From Sphaerodactylus townsendi (lineage: Eukaryota), in contig NC_059427.1 in the NCBI RefSeq assembly GCF_021028975.2, positions 108,128,001 through 108,192,000 on the forward strand: 64,000 nt of DNA, read 5' to 3'. Every line of letters begins with the position of its first letter. The first letter of the stretch is position 1. The notes under the pieces are model-generated. The model did no database searches. It was not told the DNA's origin and saw only the letters and a list, made by a program, of their open reading frames with translations. The translations under genes and the position numbers were made by a program. Below are positions 60,650 through 64,000 of the stretch, piece after piece.

Positions 60650-60842
60650 ACACATGAAGCTGCCTTATACTGAATGAGACCATCGATTGAGCCATCAAGG
60701 TCAGCGTTGTCTAGTCAGACTGGAAGCAGCAGTCCAGGATCTGAAGCTGAGGTCTTTCATATCATCTACTACCTGATCCTTCCACTTGAGATGCTGGCCT
60801 TCTGCATGCCAGATAGGTGCCCCTCCACTGAGCCACAGGCTC
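60650..60842 (-). mobile_element. tRNA-derived SINE with CR1-like tail
   Basis: Reverse tRNA-like head (ccactgagccacag) and gaagctgccttatactga tail. Confidence 0.55.
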
Positions 60843-60941
60843 ACCCCAAGTCAACAGGAGAGGTCTACAATAGGAGGGGGGGGGGGAGAGTGTACATATG
60901 CAGTGGTCAGCCAGTGCAGCACCAAGGAAAGAGTGACTAAT

Positions 60942-61390
60942 GGCCCAATCCATAGGGGATGGGTGAAGCAACTCCTGGAGGCAGTGTGAGCCTACACCAG
61001 CAGTTTTGCCCTCCTTCGGGCACTTACCATGGCTGAAAGGTAAATATGCTGGTAGGCAGCTGCTGCAGCCTCCCAACACATCCAGATTTGGCATCCAGTG
61101 CTGCATAAGCACTCCTGCACCACCAGCGGCCCCATTGGCAGTATGGGCATGGCAGAGGCATTCCCGGGGCTGGAGCCAACATTAGTTGTATTCCACCCCA
61201 GGTCACTGGCCATGGACTTATGCCATCCTTTTGGGTGGTATAAGTCCATGAAGCCCTGTGGAGGGCTTTCTGGGGGCAAGGTGTTCTGGGTTTTTCACCC
61301 TCCCCGTGCTATCAGAAAGCTTTCTGTAGGAGGTGGGGCGAAGCTACAGTGATGCTGTCCCTGGCTACCCAGGGCTATGGATTGGGCTGC
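60942..61390. mobile_element. GC-rich TIR element (GCCCAATCC...GGATTGGGC)
   Basis: Inverted termini ggcccaatccatag / ctatggattgggct; similar elements at ~5595-6025 and ~28880-29110. Confidence 0.55.
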
Positions 61391-61659
61391 CCAAAATGGC
61401 CATAGTATCCAGGAAAGGGGATGAACTTGTGCCTGATCCAAACTACAGCTGTGAACAACTAGCCACTTGTGACAAAAGGCAGCCTCTCCTCTGTATATCC
61501 CAAAATGCAACAAAGAATTTGGCCAGGCAGTTCAAAAGGACTCAGATGAGAACTGCAACAGAGATGTGCTTCCAAGTATCAACACTAACACCGTATTTAT
61601 GAAGACTTCTCTTGTTGGATTAGGACAACAAATGTTAAACGTGCTTGGTTTAGGGTACT

Positions 61660-61835
61660 GTCAAAGCTTTCAAGGCCAGAATCAACTGGCTGTTGTGGGC
61701 TTTTTAGCCTGCGTGCCTGTAATCTGGTAGTTTTTGCTCCTAATATTTTGCCTGCCAGCCATAGATGCAGATGAAATGTTAAGAACAAAAACTGTCAGAC
61801 CATGGCCACACAGCTTGGAAAGCCTACAATAGCCT
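61660..61835. mobile_element. Degenerate, collapsed inverted Penelope-like element
   Basis: aaagctttcaaggccagaatcaactggc... head and inverted partner gccagccatagatgcagatgaaatgtta. Confidence 0.65.
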
Positions 61836-62904
61836 ATTTGGTTTAGGGATTTGTTGCTCAATGCTAGTATTCTCCATGACTTGATTAAGGCTAATCATTG
61901 CACAACAATAGCTCATTAGATTTCCCTCTTGAACGAGTTAAGTAGAACAGGAAAACTAGCATGAAATAAACACACTATGAGTGCATATATATCACTTACC
62001 TTTTAAAAACCATGCTCCACCCCCACCCCTTAACTAGAGCATGACTAAAGATTATTTAACATAAGTAAATCTTTTCACACACCCTATTTGGTTTCTACTA
62101 AATATTTTCTGTTGTATATTTCAACTTCTTAAGAAAAAATAACATCAGGGGTGAATGGATTTAGTTACACAGATGACCACACAAGCAATATTAGTGGCTG
62201 CTGACAATAGAACCCTTCCTGAGTTCTATAGAAAAAAGGAGAGGGGAAAAGGACTTGAAAGTTAAAAGTCAGTGTTTTATCTGAAATTGTGTCAATAACC
62301 AAAACTTAAGTCTCAGATGTTGGCAAAATGCAATCCACTTCTCAAAGCATTGTGCAAAACAGTGACATCGTCAAGGCGTGACTACATTGCTATTACTTCA
62401 TTTATCATGGGTTTTTACCAAAGGACCCACTAGAATTACAATTTTGAAAAAGATTAATTTCCTTTCACGTTTCAAATTTACAATAGCAGAGCTCCCCAGG
62501 AAGGCATGCTGCTTAAAGCAATATAAAATCAGCCTAGGTTTATAAAATAAATTAATGATCAGATGATCACTGACCCTATTAAATACATTTGATATCACCA
62601 GCCCCTGGGTGAGCCCCCAAGAAACAGGATTCTCCATATCCAGCCTCGTGTGCTTCAATTCACAAGCCCCAGTTAACTGAACCCCCTCAGCCAATTGTGT
62701 AATTTAGAACACATTCGTCTTTGAATATATGGATCTGTCTCCCTCCAGTGGCACAAATAGGAAAAAAAGAATCCTGCATTTAGTAGCAAAGAATTTTCTT
62801 AAAAACAAAGCAACACCCCTTCAACCCTAGATGTAGCGCTGCCAATTGTCCTAACAAAAGAAAACCAGCAGTTGTTCTGAAGAAGCTAGAAACCCTTTTA
62901 GGAC

Positions 62905-63110
62905 AACTGTGTGCCGTAATGGTTAGAATGTTGGAACTGGAAGGTTCAGGTTCAAGCCATGGAAGCTTGCTGGGTGACCTTTGTCCAGTTACATATGGTC
63001 AGCCTAGCCTACCTGACAAGGTTGTTGTGGGGATAAAATGGAGAACAATGTAAGCCCCTTCAGGTCCCCTACTGGAAAGTAACGTGGGATATAAATTAAG
63101 TAAATAAATG
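62905..63110 (+). mobile_element. Older Squam3/MIR-like SINE
   Basis: gcttgctgggtgaccttt...cctacctgacaaggttgttgtggggataaaatgg core, taaataaa tail. Confidence 0.6.
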
Positions 63111-64000
63111 AATGCATACAGGATGTGCAAAATGCTTTCACAGAGCTAAAATTCTACATTGGTTTTCCGATATTAGCTATACCAATTCTTCACAGGTACT
63201 GCTGGTTCAATTATTTTGATAGTGAATGACTGTTCAATTACATGGGAAAGCTCTTAAACCAAGATGCAGAATCCCCAAATGTATTCTTGGCATCGCAGAT
63301 GTTTCCCTCCGGGTTTTGAGACTACAAGCAAAATTAATTAGGAAATAAACCTACTTTGTGCTTCTGTGTTCTTCCTATGTGGTAAACATTAATGAATCTG
63401 GATGTTATGTGGAAAATGAAAGTTGTCTCCTCACAATAAACCAGGACTAGGTGCTAGCACTTACTGAGGGGTACTCACAGATTACCAAAGAACCCTCTAT
63501 ACACTGGGCTACCTTCAGACCCATTTTGCAATAAAGAATTCAATTTAAGCCTCTCCCATCCCTGTTCCTTATCAAGACAAGAGCAAAGATTGCAATTCTC
63601 ACTTAAACACACCCAGTACAGTTGGCACTATCCACTGGAATAGTCTATAAAAAAGATTACAAAAAATATTTCACAAGATGTAATTGGGGCTATTTCTCTG
63701 TCTAAAAACCACCTCCTTTTAGCAGATAAACAGTGACAGAGACTCAAGTGGTAACAGCCAACCCTTCATTATAGAACAGGAACTCTGTTCTAAAACAGAG
63801 TAGTTTGAATTCACAGAGAAGTTAAGATCTACCTGAAGTACTGTGACTGACTAGCAGCTGACCTGAAACCAGTCACTGCACAATCTTAAGAAGAATTACA
63901 CCCTTTTAAGTCCATGGAAGTCAATGAGCTTATACGGATGCTAAGAACTGTTAGTCTTCTAAGGTGCCATAAAGCTGGTCATTCTGCTACTACAGATACG

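Overview
Eukaryotic vertebrate genomic DNA, most likely a squamate (gecko-like), judged from Squam3-type and Sauria-type SINEs, Penelope-like elements and hAT MITEs. It has one 165-N assembly gap. Four protein-coding genes can be reconstructed exon by exon with consistent reading phase. (1) WDR83/MORG1, minus strand, first 7 coding exons 7496->359; the rest lies left of the window. (2) WDR83OS/Asterix (PAT10), plus strand, 4 exons 8529-17378, 106 aa, head-to-head with WDR83. (3) IER2, minus strand, intronless CDS 33056-33805, 249 aa. (4) STX10, plus strand, 8 exons 39368-55712, 246 aa, whose intron 2 is a U12-type AT-AC minor intron. A convergent minus-strand poly(A) signal at ~57760 suggests the 3' UTR of a neighbouring gene. 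The most notable non-coding observations are: a near-perfect 259-bp Penelope-like palindrome carrying minimal hammerhead-ribozyme motifs in a WDR83 intron; a frameshifted duplicate of a WDR83 acceptor and exon start (decoy pseudo-exon); a candidate alternative terminal exon that would give a STX10 without its transmembrane anchor; an orphan CpG-island promoter/enhancer at ~20 kb; and a CRE+Ets+CArG module between IER2 and STX10. I see no clearly new multi-gene system. Gene identities come from recognising the translated sequences, not from a database search.
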